Positions 61,580 through 64,000 of a DNA stretch of 64,000 nt are shown here, one piece after another. A program made the position numbers and the translations under genes. This DNA comes from an uncultured Eubacteriales bacterium (GTDB taxonomy: Bacteria > Bacillota_I > Bacilli_A > RF39 > UBA660): contig CAJMAC010000005.1 of NCBI GenBank assembly GCA_905211265.1, forward strand, positions 3,290 through 67,289, given 5' to 3'. Below the pieces are notes generated by a model. The model had not been told where the DNA came from. It saw only the letters and a list, made by a program, of their open reading frames with translations, and did not search any database. Every line of letters begins with the position of its first letter. The stretch's first letter is position 1.

Positions 61580-61731
61580 TTGACATCATTAAGAAAATAT
61601 GCTATTATTAGTATGTAAGCAAGAAGTCTTGCATATAATAAAAAAGAGGAACATTTATTCTAGCAAGTGAACTTCTTCTTCAAAATGGTATCTGACACTC
61701 TACTAAGATGTTAGAGTGTCTAATTTTTTAT
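61580..61731 (+). ncRNA. Candidate small RNA or peptide-leader transcript: sigma-A promoter, about 115-nt transcribed segment, and rho-independent terminator
   Basis: TTGACA (61580-85), 17 nt, TATTAT (61603-08). Internal hairpin GCAAGAAGTCTTGC. 9-codon mini-ORF ATG 61685 to TAG 61714 preceded by AAGAGGA. Terminator GACACTCTA-N9-TAGAGTGTC plus T-run (61694-61731). Confidence 0.35.
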
Positions 61732-61986
61732 TGCAACTATCATAATGATAAGAAGGAATAAAATGATAGTAATGTATCTGAGAACTTTGATTACAAAGTT
61801 TCTTTTTTTCATTATTATCTACCTCCTTTCTTTTTTAATTAGGAGGTTGACACTCACATAAATGTTTCATACAATTATTATATATTAAATGAATATTTTA
61901 AACAAGCTAACAAGCTTGATTTTTTTTAAAATTTAATAATCTTACATCATAATATAGAAAAAGTATATATAATAAATATACATACT

Positions 61987-63564
61987 TTAAATAATTATAT
62001 CGTTATCAGTTATTGTTTTTAGTTTAGTTTTATCTTTAACATTTTTAGTATTTGTTGCATGATTTATTATAGTTTTTTCGTATACATTTCTTATAAATCT
62101 AGCATTACCAAAATTATCACTTAATCTTTCTTTATTAATTATATCATCTAATTTTGTTAAAGATTCTTTGGTTACTATAAATCCTGATTTTTCCATCATA
62201 TTAGTAAATATTTTCTTTAATTCTTCATTAGTATAATCTTCAAAAGTAAATGTATAACCAATTCTTGAAGCAATACCAGAGTTTGAATTTATAAAGTCTT
62301 GCATTTCTTTTGTATAACCTGCAAAAATTACTACTAAATCATCACGATAATCTTCCATTGCTTTTATTAATGTTGCAATTGCCTCAGCATTATATGAATT
62401 ATTTTTATCTACTGCTAACGAATAAGCTTCATCAATAAAAAGTATACCTCCCAAAGCTTTATTAATTACTTCCATAGTTTTTGGAGCTGTCTGACCAACA
62501 TACTCTGCAACTAAATCCTTTGAACTTACTTCAATTAATTTATTTTGTCTAATATATTTTAAATTATATAAAATATTACTTAACATTCTTGCTACTGTTG
62601 TTTTACCTGTTCCAGGATTACCTAAAAATAACATATGTAAGTTTATATTATTTAGTTTTAAGTCGCCTTTTGTTTTATTTTTTAAAGTAATTAAATCTAC
62701 TAAATCATATAATGATTTTTTTACTTTTGTTAAACCTACTAAGGAATTTAACTCTTTAAATATTTCATCAGTTGTTTTATTTGCTTCAAGTTTTGGTAAT
62801 TCTTGATTAAATGTAATATATCTACATAAATTATCTCTATATGTTGGATAATCTAATCCACTTTTTATAAATGTTTCTTCAATATAATTAAGTAAATCTA
62901 TTTTAAATTTATCATTAACTATACTTTCTGGTAAACTACTTATAATATTATCTAATATTTCACTACTTTTGGGTAATTCTTCTTCAAGAATAAAATTAAA
63001 ATAGTTATTCTTTTCTTCAATATCATTAGAGAATAAATTATTTATTTCATTTTTATTTCCTGTAATTATTGTTATCTTCTTATCTTTTAAATGTTCTTTA
63101 ATTATATATAATAATTTTTTATTATAGTTAGTATCATGTAATGATAAGCCTTCTAAATCTTTTAATACAACCATACTATAATTATTGTATGACTCTTCAA
63201 GAGTAGATATATCTTCTAATCTATATAGTGATATATTATTTATACCTATTCCTTTAGTATATTTATTTGATAAACTTATATTATTAATTAAATTTGTTAT
63301 ATCATTAATTAATTCTTTATTTTTAGATTCTATTATTATATTAAAATTTACATAAATATTATTTTCTTTATAAATAGATATATAATTAATTATTTTCTTT
63401 AATAGTTCTTTTGATTCGTTAGATAAAAACATATTATCTATTTTATTATTATAGTCTGTTATTAATAAATCACTTTCTTTTTCTTCATTATTATTTAATA
63501 CTAAATTAGAATTTTTTCCAAAAAAGTCTTCATATATTTCATTAAAATTTACTCGATTATTCAT
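61987..63564 (-). CDS. AAA+ ATPase of the SpoVK/CbbX family
   Basis: 525 aa. C-terminal AAA module with Walker A GNPGTGKTT, Walker B ILFIDEAYSL. Confidence 0.75.
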   Translation of the reverse strand: MNNRVNFNEIYEDFFGKNSNLVLNNNEEKESDLLITDYNNKIDNMFLSNESKELLKKIINYISIYKENNIYVNFNIIIESKNKELINDITNLINNISLSNKYTKGIGINNISLYRLEDISTLEESYNNYSMVVLKDLEGLSLHDTNYNKKLLYIIKEHLKDKKITIITGNKNEINNLFSNDIEEKNNYFNFILEEELPKSSEILDNIISSLPESIVNDKFKIDLLNYIEETFIKSGLDYPTYRDNLCRYITFNQELPKLEANKTTDEIFKELNSLVGLTKVKKSLYDLVDLITLKNKTKGDLKLNNINLHMLFLGNPGTGKTTVARMLSNILYNLKYIRQNKLIEVSSKDLVAEYVGQTAPKTMEVINKALGGILFIDEAYSLAVDKNNSYNAEAIATLIKAMEDYRDDLVVIFAGYTKEMQDFINSNSGIASRIGYTFTFEDYTNEELKKIFTNMMEKSGFIVTKESLTKLDDIINKERLSDNFGNARFIRNVYEKTIINHATNTKNVKDKTKLKTITDNDIII

Positions 63565-63605
63565 AGGTCACCTCTATAAATAAAAGCATATTTGCTATGC
63601 TTTAT

Positions 63606-64000
63606 TTATTTTTCTTTTACATTTATTTCTAATAATTTATCCTTTAATTCTTTTTCGATTGTTTCAAGTTCTTTTTCTGCTTCAGCACGTTTAACTCTAC
63701 CATCTTCATGAATCTTAATAACTGTATCTAAGGTTTCAATTATATCTCTATTTGTTTTCTTTAATGTTTCAATATCAATAATAGCTTTTTCTGATTCTTT
63801 TGCTATATCAATTGAACCTTGTTTTAAAGTTTCACTATTTTTCTTTAACATATCGTTAGTCAACTCAGATACTGCTTGTTGTTGTTTTAATGCTTTCTTT
63901 GAATTACTTATTCCAAGTGCAAGTACTATTTGATTTTTCCATAATGGGATTGTATTTGTAATTGAACTTTGAATTTTTTCTACTAATTCAGCATCATTAT
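63606..64000 (-). CDS. Coiled-coil protein, possibly TelA/toxic-anion-resistance-like. The 5' end lies outside the window.
   Basis: The reading frame stays open upstream of the track's TTG start to the window edge. Only the E/K-rich C-terminus is visible. Family call is tentative. Confidence 0.3.
   Translation of the reverse strand, partial: NDAELVEKIQSSITNTIPLWKNQIVLALGISNSKKALKQQQAVSELTNDMLKKNSETLKQGSIDIAKESEKAIIDIETLKKTNRDIIETLDTVIKIHEDGRVKRAEAEKELETIEKELKDKLLEINVKEK

Noticed and set aside
61839-61930. Second promoter-like TTGACA-17-TACAAT plus short hairpin/T-run downstream of the candidate sRNA
   Set aside because: The predicted transcript would be only about 60 nt of AT-rich sequence. 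The hairpin is more simply the terminator of the minus-strand spoVK-like gene, so the evidence is too weak for a separate feature.

Overview
The window is very AT-rich (about 25% GC) chromosomal DNA from a spore-forming low-GC Firmicute, probably a Clostridium-like organism. Most genes are on the minus strand, and no integrase, transposase, cas gene or CRISPR array is present. From start to end it contains: (1) a heterodimeric ABC exporter pair; (2) a roughly 16 kb capsule/exopolysaccharide locus (cpsABCD-like regulators, ugd, a UDP-uronate epimerase, Wzx, Wzy, GT2 and GT4 transferases, and an initiating sugar transferase) that also carries two TupA-like ATP-grasp domains, one fused to a GT4, and a DUF362 gene; (3) an accessory stretch with a surface protein, a tail-anchored protein, LemA, a membrane XRE regulator, a start-less orphan ORF and a degenerate repeat array with GC-rich islands; (4) rluB, an FAD/Rieske oxidoreductase, and T-box-tyrS; (5) one long apparent operon running LysM protein, CotS-like kinase, two paralogous giant coiled-coil proteins, DUF1292, yvcK, whiA and a MazG-like gene, with rapZ absent; (6) spoIIGA-sigE, a lone type II topoisomerase B subunit, an NlpC/P60 peptidase and a sugar nucleotidyltransferase; (7) an XRE / Y-family polymerase / YolD cassette beside an atypical tRNA-Glu-like gene and tandem repeats; (8) PAP2, ldh and gltX; (9) a tRNA cluster (Gln, Met, Leu, Leu) enclosing three small unknown ORFs, followed by a 334-aa unknown protein and a second DUF362 protein; (10) the rplU-prp-rpmA operon with its leader, spoIVFA/spoIVFB-like genes, ylbL/ylbJ-like genes, uvrB, a candidate small RNA, a SpoVK-like AAA+ ATPase and a partial coiled-coil gene. 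The best candidates for undescribed biology are the coiled-coil / kinase / LysM operon ahead of yvcK-whiA, the orphan ORF with its repeat array, the tRNA-flanked three-gene islet, and the ATP-grasp-decorated uronic-acid capsule pathway.
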